NCBI RefSeq assembly: GCF_006345805.1
Contig: NC_043004.1
Coordinates: forward strand, 13,020,001 to 13,084,000
Direction: 5' to 3'
DNA: 64,000 bases
Source of the DNA: Octopus sinensis
Lineage: Eukaryota
Part shown: positions 1 to 11,416 of the stretch, piece by piece
Position numbering within the stretch: position 1 is the stretch's first letter
Layout: the number at the start of each line of letters is the position of its first letter
Notes under the pieces: model-generated
What the model was told of the DNA's origin: nothing
Seen by the model: only the letters and a program-made list of their open reading frames with translations
Databases searched by the model: none
Position numbers and translations under genes: made by a program

Positions 1-379
1 TTTTTATATTGAGAATATGTTGTCTATTGACTTTTTATACATGCTAGGCCACAAAGGTGGTGAAATTTTTAAAAATATTCGCCACCCTATATACATTATA
101 TTCATTAATTTATAGATATATCTATTAATGCATACATTCATATAAGCATGTAGATATATATGCTGAGCGGTGACGTAGCTTAAAATAGAGTGACTGGCAG
201 ATTTTATGGTCCGCAGTGAAGTTTTTGTTAGGACGCTGAGACGGGGCTGACAGACAGTAATTTGACTCATGGGAAATACAAACAAAACTCCTTTCAAATC
301 GCATCGTACTATTTTTGGCTTAAATCGAGGCTGCACAGTTGTGGCTCGAGGGTCGTTCTTCAATGGTCTGCTAAATGAC

Positions 380-989
380 TGTAGGGCCAGGGAATTATAT
401 GATTACAGTGAATCCAGTACTTGACTGATAATTTATTTATCGACCCTGGAAGGATGAAAGGCGAAGGAGTGGCTGTGTGGTAAGTAGCTTGCTTACCAGC
501 CACATGGTTCCGGGTTCATTCCCACTGCGTGGCATCTTGGGCAAGTGTCTTCTACTATAGCCTCGGGCCGACCAAAGCCTTATGAGTGGATTTGGTAGAT
601 GGAAACTGAAGGAAGCCCGTCGTGTATATATATATATATGTATGTATATATGTGTATATGTTTGTGTGTCTGTTTTTGTCCTCCTAGCATTGCTTGACGA
701 CCAATGCTGGTGTGTTTATGTCTCCGTCATTTAGCAGTTCGGCAAAAGAGACCGATAGAATAAGTACTAGGCTTACAAAGAATAAGTCCTGGGGTTGATT
801 TGCTCGACTAAAGGCGGTGCTCTAGCATGGCCGCTGTCAAATGACTGAAACAAGTAAAAGAGTAAAAAAGTAAACAAGTAAAGAGTATAGTTGACCTCCT
901 CAGGCTGCGAACTATGAACGTAAAAAGTCGGGAGACATGCCTCTAAATGATTTTCCGACGCGCTCTCGATTTTACCAGCTCGCCGCCTT
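380..989 (-). mobile_element. SINE family B copy interrupted by a family A SINE
   Basis: 380-465 carries ...ttatttatcgaccctggaaggatgaaaggcgaa. The same consensus resumes at about 889 (agttgacctc...gaacgtaaa...ccagctcgccgcc) after the inserted SINE-A. Confidence 0.7.
466..888 (+). mobile_element. tRNA-derived SINE family A (A/B boxes, internal (TA)/(TG) tract, GTAAAAGA-type tail)
   Basis: Head GGAGTGGCTGTGTGGTAAG...GGTTCATTCCC, body GGCAAGTGTCTTCT...GGAAACTGAAGGAAGCCCGTCG, tail GTCAAATGACTGAAACAAGTAAAAGAG. More than 20 related copies occur in the window. Confidence 0.85.
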
Positions 990-1019
990 GTGACTGGTAA
1001 ATATGAAGTGGGAAATATA

Positions 1020-2050
1020 TTGCTTTCAAATTTTGTCACGAAGCCAGCAATTTTGGTGGTGTGCTTAAATCGATTGCCTCGACCCTAGTGTTCAACAGAT
1101 ACTCATTTTGTCGAACCCGAAATGATGAAAGGCAAAGCCCGCACCCAGAGGAATTTGAATTCAGAGCGTAAAGAGGGACGAAATACCGCTACGCATTGTT
1201 TCCGACGTAAACACACCAACATCGGCTGTCAAGCGATGTTGGGAGTACACATACACACACACTTATATACGCCGGGCTTCTTTCAGTTTCCGTCTAGCAA
1301 ATCTACTCACAAGGCTTTTGTCTATAGCAGAAGACACTTGCCCAAGTTGTCACGCAGTGGGACTGAACCCGGAGCCCTGTGGTTGGTAAACAAGCCACTT
1401 ACCATACAACAAAACCTGCGCGTAAATATTGGTTTCGAATTTTGGTACATGGCAAGCAATTTCCGGGTTGTAAATAAGTCGTTTGCATCGACTCCAATAC
1501 TCAACTGGTACTTATTTCATCGTACCCGAAGGATGAAAGGCAAAGTTAACCTCGACGGAATTTGAAATCAGAATGCAAAGATGGACGAACTGCCGCCAAA
1601 CATTTTGCCCAGCGTGCTAACGCTTCCGCCAGTTCGTCGCCTTACAAGATTTGTTGAAACTACATGGGTGGGGGGAAAGGAGGTGAGCTGGCAAAATCGT
1701 CACTGCACCTGAAAAACTGTTTAGTGACATTTCTTCCGACCTTACCTTCTGAGTTCAAATGCCAACGGAGTCAACTTTGCCTTTCATCATTTCGGAGTCG
1801 ACAAAAGTAGTACCAGTTGAACACTGGGAGTCGACCCCCTCTCATAAATTGGCTGGCCTTGGGCCACAATTTGAAATCGATATTCTTTTCTTTCTCTAGT
1901 TACAAGGCCCGGAATTTTTAGGGAGGGGCCCAGTCGATTAGATCGACAACAGTAAGCAACTGGTACTTAATTTATTGATCCCGAAAGGAGGAAAGGTAAA
2001 GTCGACCTCGGCGAAATTTGAACTAAGAACGTAAAGACAGACGAGATCCA
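1020..2050. mobile_element. Cluster of four SINE family B copies (about 1020-1200 -, 1430-1645 -, 1675-1880 +, 1890-2050 -) with a truncated SINE-A (1204-1422 -)
   Basis: Repeated ACTGGTACTTA..TCG..CCCGAAAGGATGAAAGGCAAAGTCGACCTCGGCGGAATTTGAAC motif (or its reverse complement) with a tRNA-like head. Confidence 0.8.
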
Positions 2051-2242
2051 AATTTCATATGTATATTAAGTGGGAAATTGTATCGATATTTCTCCAATCA
2101 AATCTTCAATGAATTGCAACTCCTAAACATTACAAAAAAATCGTCAGTAATTTTCTAGTCCTTTACCAACTCACCTGACAAACAATGGTGTTTATACGTT
2201 ATTTACATTTGACAGATATTTGTCCTCATCTTGTTTGTTGTT

Positions 2243-2288
2243 AACACAACATTTCGGCTGATATACCAACCAGCTTTCATCAGATGTC
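2243..2288 (-). ncRNA. Minimal type-I hammerhead ribozyme motif
   Basis: Minus strand reads GACAT-CTGATGA-A-AGCTG..CAGCC-GAAA-T-GTT-GTGTT: intact core, stem I GACAT/GTGTT, one mismatch in stem II. Confidence 0.65.
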
Positions 2289-2525
2289 TTGCGGAAATTT
2301 CGAATCTGGGTTAAGTGGTTAAGAGCACGGGCTACTAACCCCAAGATTCCGAGCTCGATTCCAGGCAGTGACTTGAATAATAATAGTAATAATAATAATA
2401 ATAATGATGATGGCGATGATGACGATGATGATGACGATGACGACGACGATAACGACGATGATGACGACGACGACGACATCGAAAAATACCTTAGGGATGA
2501 GAATTGAAGTTCGAAATTTCCCCAA

Positions 2526-2571
2526 GACACCTGATGAAGCCTGGAAGGTATATCAGCCGAAACGTTGTGTT
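2526..2571 (+). ncRNA. Minimal type-I hammerhead ribozyme motif
   Basis: GACAC-CTGATGA-A-GCCTG-gaaggtatat-CAGCC-GAAA-C-GTT-GTGTT: intact core, 5-bp stem I, loopless palindromic ACGT stem III, GUU triplet. Confidence 0.75.
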
Positions 2572-3199
2572 AACAACAAACAAGATGCGGACAAATATCC
2601 GTCGAATGTAAATAATGCACATAATTCTTCATCTCTGAAATATAGAACTGGAATGGTGCTTATGTACCTTAGTAAAAAAAAGAAATATATATATATATAT
2701 TAAGAAGTGCCATGGTCACTTTTAAAATTTCATCTCGACAAAAATACAATGTATCAATACGAACACTGCCATCGAAAAAGATAAAAAAAGAAGGGTTTCT
2801 CTTTTATTTTTCAACTATACATTCAAGTCGGGTTGCACACGATTGCCTTTACGGAAGGTAAAACGAGAAAAGCGAAGAGAAACGAACGAAAAATTACTAA
2901 TTATCCACTAGATATGCCGCAGCATTAGGACTCCATTAGAGTGGAATACCACCACGCCCACAAAAATAAGAAAATTGGTGCCAGATTTGTTATGCAAAGT
3001 AATCTATAAAAGTATTTAATAGCATGCTTAAATGATTATCGTAAATGAAACACAAGAAAGGAAATGGTAAATAAATAAGACAAAAGAATAAATGAAAGCA
3101 ACTGGTCATTTCGTATAGAGATTTGTTGTTCTTGTTCCATCTGTTTAAATATATTGATAAAAACAACACTAATGTCTCCACATATGCTTGTAAGTAAAC

Positions 3200-3388
3200 C
3201 TATATATGTGCGCGTCCGCGCCGCGTGTGTGTGTGTATACATATATATATATATATATATGCGCGCGTGTGTGTGTTTGCATATATATAAATATGTATGT
3301 ATATATGTATGTTTATATATATGCATATATATAATGTATATAATGTATATATCTATATCTATCTATATATATGCATACAATCTGTGTG

Positions 3389-3462
<74 letters not shown>

Positions 3463-4309
3463 CGTATGTATATGCGTATATATATACACACATATATATG
3501 CATATATATGAATATACTACACGCATATGCAATATATATGTGTGTATGTATGTATACATATATATAAATGTGTATGTATATATGTATGTATATATATATG
3601 CATATATATTATGTATATAATTTAAATATCTATATCTATCTATCTATATATATATGTTCACAATGTGTGTATATATATATAAATATGTATATAGATATAT
3701 ATACATATATATATATATAGGTATCTATATACACATATATATGCATATACTACACACATAACAACATATATACATGCACATAAGTGTGTATATATATATA
3801 TACATGTATGGTGGTGTTAGTAGTAGTGATGTGATGTATCTAGAATGTGTGTAGTGCGCGCGCGCGTGTGTGTGTGTGTGTGTGCGTGTGCGTATGTGTC
3901 TGCAGGAGCATCAAGGAAAATTCTCTTTTCACATTTCTTATCTTTGTGTTTATTTTGAAAGCAGTTTCATGCACAGCGTGTTAGTTGTCATGTTTATCTG
4001 GAAATCTGTTATGTATCAAAAACTAAAAGAAACCAAAAAACAAAAAGAACAAACGAGAAAAAAAAAAAACAAGAAAAATGAAGATTTATTCCATTCAGCA
4101 CCAACACCACCACAACTAAAAATACAAAAAAAAAAAGAGAAAAAATAATAAAATACCAAATAAGTACTAAGAACGAAGAAAGCTAACCAACAATAGGAAA
4201 GATATGAAGTCATTAGGGGACGATCAGGGTGGGGACAACGATATACTTACATATTATACACATACGTGAGTATATATACACGCACACACACATACATACA
4301 TACATATAC

Positions 4310-4362
<53 letters not shown>

Positions 4363-4363
4363 C

Positions 4364-4409
<46 letters not shown>

Positions 4410-4499
4410 TTATACATATATACATATATACATATACATACATACATATATACGCGCATACATATAGATATATAAGCGTTTATATGCATACATTTACGA

Positions 4500-4545
<46 letters not shown>

Positions 4546-4615
4546 GCATATATAAATACACAAACATATACATATTTAAATTTATAAATATATTTGCCTA
4601 TACATATATATATAC

Positions 4616-4647
<32 letters not shown>

Positions 4648-4850
4648 ACATGCATAAATATATGTATATACATATATAAATATATACACATATATCATTC
4701 ATATAGTATACATATATAGGCATACGTATGCATACATACGTAAATGCATATATGTGCGTGTGTGTGCGTACATATACATACATATATACACATATATATA
4801 TCTATAAATACATATGTACACACACACACACACACACATATATATACTGA
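3200..4850. repeat. Compound (TA)n/(CA)n/(TACA)n microsatellite fields (3200-3900, 4240-4850); similar fields recur throughout the window
   Basis: Directly visible dinucleotide and tetranucleotide runs. They produce the Y/I/C/V/H/T-rich pseudo-ORFs in the ORF track. Confidence 0.95.
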
Positions 4851-6032
4851 CTCACCCCCGTAGATATATGATCAAGCAAATATCGCGTGTGTTATGTTCT
4901 TGTAGTTATTGTTAAGATGATATTAATAGGTATACGTATCAACTACAGAGACGGGTGGACAATCGTTCGGTTTCACTTGGCTCCAGCTTAGAAAAGTTTG
5001 TAAGTTCAAAACATCGTATTTTTCGTTTGTTTGTTTGTTGTTCATGAAGATATATAACACCAACGGATCAAAACATAATGGAACAATAGGGCGTAGCTTT
5101 GTTTTGTTATTTTTCCCTTGTGGTTCTGCACCCTCAGATACACATAAAAACACATATGCATATATGTACCAGAAATAATATCGTCTGTAGTAAAATGTAT
5201 ATATGAAAAATAAAAATTTCTTTATAGTGTGTTCGAAAACGGAAGCGGCCAATGAAAACTAATTTAATATGAATTTAAAAGTAGAGGATGTTATGATAAT
5301 AATATTAGAAATATAGTCTCGCAAATGTAACGAAAATATATCTTTGTGCAATGCATTTTAGCAAAGGACTTAGTAAATATGAAAAGAAATATAATTAAAT
5401 GTACTGAATAACCAATGAACACTCGAAAATAGACTCTTTATTAATGTATATTAAACCACACACACGTATGGACACACGCACACACACATTCAAACACACA
5501 CACATACTCTCTCTCACACACAGAGAAAGATGTGTGTGTGTGTGTGTGTATTATATCTTAACTGACACACGCGTGTGCTTCGAGTATCAACAGTACTCGC
5601 AAAATAGAAGCTGTACGCGTATGTGTTTTTCCTTTTTTCATATATATAATACTAAGGTGCCTGTGATTCCAGAGTTCATTTAATTCCGTTCACTAACATA
5701 TCTGGGAAAATCTCCTGTCAGAAATAGCTTTGCAGATGTGAAGAAAAACATTGCTTGTATCGAAATACTTCATCTTAGGAACACAAAGACCACTGAAGGG
5801 TGAAGAAGAACAGCAAGTATTTGTTAGAAATAATTTAATAACACTGAACTGTGAAATGGATTGAAAAGAGACACGCAATAATGAATGATATGGTTGTTTA
5901 AAACGGTTTCTCTTAATTTCAAGGTCTAGAAAATGAGGCTATTTGGTGGTAAGATTCAGAAGCCCCCTATTTTTTTTCTTATGAATAAGAGACTGATTAG
6001 TTAGGAAAACCAACAACATCTTAAGTAAATAT

Positions 6033-6290
6033 CTTCTATAGGCTCAGGCTGACCAAAGCCTTATGAGTGGATTTGATATACAGAAAGTGAAAGAAGCCCT
6101 TCGTGCATGTGTGTGTATGTGTCTGTGTTTGTCCCATCCCCACACCTGTTAACGATTGGTGTTATTGTTTTTACGTCCCCGTAACTGAGCGGATTGGCAA
6201 AACTATGGATAGATTAAGTATAAACCTTAAAAAAAAAAAAGTACTTGGATAGATTCATTTGATTAAAAATTCTTCAAGGCGGTGCTTCTA
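6033..6290 (+). mobile_element. 5'-truncated SINE family A
   Basis: GACCAAAGCCTTATGAGTGGATTTG...AAAGAAGCCC, microsatellite, then tail ...TTCAAGGCGGTGCT. Confidence 0.7.
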
Positions 6291-6395
6291 GGTGCTTTCG
6301 CTCAATAACATACCCAACGCCCGGTCTGGGAATCGAAACCGCGATTCTCCGAACGCAAGTCCGCTGCCCTGACCACTTGGCCATTGCGCCTCCAC
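6288..6395 (-). mobile_element. Head of SINE family C (tRNA-Arg-like)
   Basis: Reverse complement of GTGGAGGCGCAATGGCC.AGTGG...GGTTTCGATTCCCAGACCGGGCG, matching the copy at 8527. Confidence 0.75.
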
Positions 6396-6602
6396 ATATG
6401 AATATATATGTAGATATATATGTGTGTGTGTGTACATGTGTGTGTGTATATATACATTGATATTTATAGGTACTATACATATTTAATTTTCTATGTTTGT
6501 AGATATGACTAATGCATGATCTTGTAAATATACGCGTTCTTTTAGCGTATCCAAGTCCATAAACGTATCTGTACACATACGGCTTTGCCTGTGTTTGTTT
6601 CT

Positions 6603-6660
<58 letters not shown>

Positions 6661-7155
6661 TGTTTGTGTGTGTTAGCGTGTGTGCGTATTCACAAATATA
6701 ATAATTATTCTGTGTTGTTAGGGAAGATGTTTGTTTCCGCATATACGGTAGCGGACAAATTTTCAACACCGTACATACAGATGAGAACAGAATACTAGAG
6801 TATTGTATGAAGATATTTAATATTTATTAGATAGAAAATCTGTTCCCGAGTGAAACAATGTCGTTATGGGTCACTAACAAACCGTGTCGAATACTTGGTC
6901 AGCTGATTAGAAGACAGAAGAGGACAGGTTAACAGTGTTATTGTATGAAAAGTTACAGACGTTAAAGCAATGTAGGAAAACCAAACAACAAATAAAACCG
7001 AAAAGCTTTCAACCAAACAGTTTTGAATGGAATGAAACTGATGGGGAGAAATATCAATGAAAAATGGATTATATTGTTTGAGGTGATGCCGTGTGGGGTT
7101 TTATCGTGGACTACGATGCTGGTTCAGCGTTAGTATTTAAATCACTAGATATATA

Positions 7156-7320
7156 GGCGCAGAGTGGCTGTGTGGTAAGTAGCTTGCTAACCAACCACAT
7201 GGTTCCGGGTTCAGTCCCACTGCGTGGCATCTTGGGCAAGTGTCTTCTGCTATAGCCCCGGGCCGACCAATGCCTTGTGAGTGGATTTGGTAGACGGAAA
7301 ACTGAAAGAAGCCTGTCGTA

Positions 7321-7371
<51 letters not shown>

Positions 7372-7592
7372 TTGTGTGTCTGTGTTTGTCTCCCTCTAGC
7401 ATTGCTTGACAACCGATGCTAGTGTGTTTATGTCTCCCCGTCACTTAGCGGTTCGGCAAAAGAGACCGATAGAATAAGTACTGGGCTTACAAAGAGTAAG
7501 TCCCGGGGTCGACTTGCCTGACTAAAGGCGGTGCTCCAGCATGGCCGCAGTCAAATGACTGAAACAAGTAAAAGAGTAAAAGAGTAAAGAGT
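7156..7592 (+). mobile_element. Full-length SINE family A
   Basis: GGCGCAGAGTGGCTGTGTGG head through the GTAAAAGAGTAAAAGAGTAAAGAG tail. Confidence 0.9.
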
Positions 7593-7859
7593 ATATAGTT
7601 GTACATACTGTCTATTTTTGTAAAAAAAACCGACAACGACCAACTCGGTGAATAGTTCTGAAGTACGTACCTAACTTTTTTGTAGTATTGGACTCTTTTA
7701 TTTCCAAATGATTTTGTTTATCACTGACCAACTTTATACCTCTGTGAAGTATAGGAATGTGAAGATGATTATAACACACCACTGAAATTATGGAATGTTT
7801 CGAATGCATTTAGAAAAAAGCTCATTTGCTTGGCTGATGTAGATTTTGAAAGGTACGCT

Positions 7860-8208
7860 TTATCCTTTACTTTGCTTCAGTCATTAGACTGTGGCCATGC
7901 TGGGGCATGGTCTCGAACTGCTAAGTTACAGGGATGTAAACACACCAGTACTGGTTGTCGAGTGGCTGTGAATGACTAATACATACACAGACACACACAC
8001 ACCCACACATAGATACACACACACACCTACACCAACACACACACACACGTGACTAGTTTCTTTCTGTTTCCGTCTACTAAATCCACTCTGAAGGCTTTCG
8101 TCAGCCCAAGACTATAGTTGAAGACACTTTCCCAAGGTGCCACGCAGTAGGATTGACCTCGGTACTACGTAGTTAGGAAGGAAACTTCTTACTACACAAC
8201 CAAGCCGT
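7860..8208 (-). mobile_element. Degenerate SINE family A with internal deletion
   Basis: Reverse-complement tail (ttcagtcattagactgtggccatgctgg) and head (gaagacactttcccaaggtgccacgcag). Confidence 0.7.
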
Positions 8209-8526
8209 GAACATTTGCAAAGATTTCTTTTTCTGAAAGGGAAAATGCAATAAATGTTACTCATTGTATCCCAATCCAGTCTGATGAACGAGTTAGTAGC
8301 ATACAGCATCCTCCATCAGCCCGTCTCCTCTGGGAAAACACGGGTAGAGTAGACCCCAATATCAGGGACCGGAAAAGGTTTATCTCTCATCGGCTTAAAA
8401 CTAAGATGAGAAATACTAAATTAGATGAATATTTGAATGTTCTGGAAATAATGCATAGTAGCTAACGAAGGTAATGCACATCAAAAGGACATGGGTATTG
8501 CAGGATTTCTATCTCATTTCATTTTA

Positions 8527-8910
8527 GTGGAGGCGCAATGGCCCAGTGGTTAGGGCAGCGGACTCGCGGTCATAGGATCGCGGTTTCGATTCCCAGACCG
8601 GGCGTTGTGTTGTGAGTGTTTATTGAGCGAAAACACCTAAAGCTCCACGAGGCTCCGGCAGGAGATGGTGGTGATCCCTGCTGTGCTCTTTCACCACAAC
8701 TTTCTCTCACTGTTGTACCTGTATTTCAAAGAGGCCGGCCTTGTCACTCTCTGTGTCACGCTGAATATCCCCGAGAACTACGTTAAGGGTACACGTGTCT
8801 GTGGAGTGCTCAGCCACTTACACGTTAATTTCACGGAGCAGGCTGTTCCGTTGATTCGGATCACCCGGAACCCTCGTCGTCGTCGTCGTAACCGACGGAG
8901 TGCTTCCATC
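8527..8910 (+). mobile_element. Full-length SINE family C (tRNA-Arg(TCG)-like head; possibly an OR-type octopus SINE)
   Basis: A box TGGCCCAGTGG, anticodon-like loop GACTCGCGGTC, B box GGTTTCGATTCC. Other copies lie at 6288, 60641 and 63841. The OR family assignment is inference. Confidence 0.8.
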
Positions 8911-9282
8911 TCATTTCATTTTGATAACTGTGAAACCTTTATATTACTATAAAGTTAATCGAGAGCAAATGGACGTGGTTTTAAGCCTAACATATTTGTA
9001 ATGATATTGACTCATTAAAAACTTTGACACCGGTAGGAATTGATTGCAGACTTTAGGACGACGAAACCAATCTTAAGTCATTCAAATACAACCGTCACGC
9101 AGTTCTGTGTTTTCCCCGTGTTTTCTTCCTGATTGTCTTAAAATCATCAGAACAAAATATGTATGTATATGGCTAATATATATATTCATATATGTATGTA
9201 TGCATATGTGTGCTCATACATAGAGTTAATTTATATTTTTATTCTACCTATCTATCAAACTATCTATCTAACTATCTATCTG

Positions 9283-9331
<49 letters not shown>

Positions 9332-9376
9332 AATATATATATATATATGTGTGTGTGTGTATGTGTGTGTGTGTGT

Positions 9377-9704
9377 TAAATAAGATGAGATAACAAAAAC
9401 CAGGGTTGTATGGAGTTTTCAGGACATTTATAAAAAGAAAGTTAGCCTTACAGCTGTTTCTGGGATATAAGGGACATCACTAATATCCCACAAACAACTG
9501 TAAGAATAACTTTCTTTTTATAAATATCCCGAAAATTCCACACAACCTTCGCTTTCCCATCTCATTTTATCTAACATTTATATGCTCATACAAGACCCTC
9601 ATTAGATTCCTCACTCTTATTATTGAACTGAGTATTTAACTTCAGTCCTTCAATAGCACTTACACAGCCTTACCTGCTGCATTCGGTCTTCTGGATAACA
9701 ATAA

Positions 9705-9710
<6 letters not shown>
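9377..9710 (+). mobile_element. Fold-back copy of the CCGATGA-hammerhead element family
   Basis: 9377-9468 is the reverse complement of 9483-9573. It retains the HHR 3' half (ATATCCC..AAACAGCTGTAAG) shared with 11369 and 42768. Flanked by (TA)/(TG) tracts. Confidence 0.6.
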
Positions 9711-9779
<69 letters not shown>

Positions 9780-10070
9780 AATTAGAAAGTAATGTAAGAA
9801 AATATTACGGAGGATATATTATAAATAATTAAGATTATCTATGAATATGTCAGAGGCCGAAAATCTTATCATAAAATACATAGAAGACCGTTTATAATTA
9901 TGAACAAGTCATAGTTATAACTAAGACGGTTTTAAAACCCTTACATGTTAAAAATAGCAGCCAAAACCGCTATAAACCCATTTTATCACTTATATTATTT
10001 CTCCTCACGATAAAAACTGTTTTCGAGCGACATGACAAATAGAATCCACAACTTAAAAATAACTGGTTAA

Positions 10071-10132
10071 TTCCCTATTGCTATTTCGAATTTAGGGACC
10101 TCTTAAGGGACCCATTCATCTCTTCAGGGGAA
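10071..10132 (-). ncRNA. Type-I hammerhead motif with extended stem II
   Basis: Minus strand: TTCCC-CTGAAGA-[GA..GGGTCC cttaaga GGTCCC..TC]-GAAA-TAGCAAT-A-GGGAA. Stem I is TTCCC/GGGAA. Confidence 0.6.
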
Positions 10133-10844
10133 AATATTCCTATAGATAGAAACCAGAGCAAGACATTACCTTGGAGCTAGCATGAATTCCGACCGGCAAG
10201 AGAAATATTCACCCTCTATACCGGGTATGAGTTGGGAAAAATTAAATAATTAGAAAGTAAAGTAATAAAACATTACGGAGAATATATCATAAACAATTAA
10301 GATTATTTATGAATATATCAATGGCCAGACATGTTATCATAAAATACATAGAAGAGCATTTATAATTATGAACAAATCACAGTTATAACTAAGATGGTTT
10401 CAAAACCCTTACATGTTAAATCTAGCAGCCAAAACCGCTATAAAACCATTTTATCACTCATATTATTTCTCCTCGCGATAAAAACTGCATCCGGGCGACA
10501 TGACAAATCGAACCCTCTTATTCCTAATTATAAACGTTGTTCTTCTATGTATTTTATGTTAATATGTTTGGCCATTGACATATTCATAATTAATCTTAAT
10601 TTTTTATAATATATCCTCCGTTATGTTTTATTACATTACTCTCTACTTATTTAAATTTTCCTAATTCATATCCAGTGATTTTGCCGTGGTTAGAATTTAC
10701 CGGTTTTTTCGCATAAACGCTGTGCATGGTATTTGAATTCAAAAGTTGAATGTGTAGACAGAGGTTGAAACATTGCTTTTGCCGATCGAAATTCACGCTA
10801 GCCCCAAGGTAAAGCCTTGTTTTGATTTCTATCTACAGGAATAT

Positions 10845-10906
10845 TTCTCCTGACGAGACGAATGTGTCCCTCAAGAGGTCTCAAACGTTGAAATTGCAAT
10901 AGAGAA
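10845..10906 (+). ncRNA. Type-I hammerhead motif with extended stem II
   Basis: TTCTC-CTGACGA-GACG...CGTT-GAAA-TTGCAAT-A-GAGAA: stem I TTCTC/GAGAA, perfect palindromic stem III ATTGCAAT, AUA triplet. Confidence 0.7.
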
Positions 10907-11067
10907 TTAACCAGTTATTTTTAAGTTGTGGCTTCTATAGAATTTATATATATATATTTTTATTTTATTTTATTTATTTATTTATTTTATCTAGTTTCAG
11001 CTAACGAGCTGTGGCCATGCTGGGGCACCGCCATTTTGCTGGGGCACCGCCATTTTGATGGGGCACC

Positions 11068-11114
<47 letters not shown>

Positions 11115-11245
11115 GTGTGTGTGTATACATATGCATATATATAGTAAATCCCAAAAATAACGAAAATGAACGCGGTACAAAAAATAACTAACGAACGCGG
11201 TACATGCAAAGTATTAGCAGACGCTAAGGGAAGGAAAGAAAGGTG

Positions 11246-11280
11246 GTTTTACGTTTCGAGCAAAGCTCTTCTTCAGAAAC
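11246..11280 (-). ncRNA. Fully paired minimal type-I hammerhead ribozyme motif (35 nt)
   Basis: Minus strand: GTTT-CTGAAGA-A-GAGC-ttt-GCTC-GAAA-C-GTA-AAAC. Stems I and II pair perfectly, stem III is the ACGT palindrome, triplet GUA. Confidence 0.8.
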
Positions 11281-11368
11281 GGGGGACAGAAGAAAGTCCA
11301 ATAGCAAAGGAAGACGTTGGAAAAATAATCGCCATCGATTCATTATTGCTTAACCTTCTTCTCACACC

Positions 11369-11416
11369 GTCTCCGATGAAGTGATATAATAAATATTCTG
11401 GAAATAGCTGTAAGTC
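11369..11416 (+). ncRNA. Hammerhead-like motif with U4C core variant (CCGATGA)
   Basis: GTCT-CCGATGA-A-GTGATAT-aataa-ATATTCT-G-GAAA-TAGCTGT-A-AGTC. A homologous copy lies at 42768-42815 (-). Confidence 0.55.

Larger units (their letters stand above)
2196..2655 (+). mobile_element. tRNA-headed, hammerhead-bearing non-autonomous element with an inverted copy of its 3' part at the 5' end
   Basis: Head 2309-2375 has A-box-like GGTTAAGTGG, anticodon-like arm GGG-CTACTAA-CCC and B-box-like GAGCTCGATTCC. It is followed by an (AAT)(GAT)(GAC) tract and a 3' segment with an HHR. 2196-2310 is the reverse complement of about 2500-2617. Confidence 0.7.
9779..10945. mobile_element. Non-coding element with partial tandem (9779-10040 ~ 10248-10510) plus inverted copy (10520-10945), carrying two HHR motifs
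   Basis: Direct repeat of about 260 bp at about 470-bp spacing, and an inverted segment spanning the tandem junction. Flanked by microsatellites. Confidence 0.7.

Noticed and set aside
3036-4783. Many 60-240 aa ORFs rich in Y/I/C/V/H/T (here and throughout the window)
   Set aside because: They are translations of (TA)n/(CA)n/(TACA)n microsatellites, open in several frames and on both strands.
8280-8300. CTGATGA motif
   Set aside because: No stem II, GAAA or stem I partner follows.
8527-8605. tRNA-like sequence (also at 2309, 63260, 63841 and SINE-A/B heads)
   Set aside because: No complete cloverleaf or acceptor stem, and each continues into a SINE body; these are SINE heads, not tRNA genes.
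10985-11070. GGGGCACCGCCATTTTG triplication
   Set aside because: Local slippage within a SINE tail fragment.
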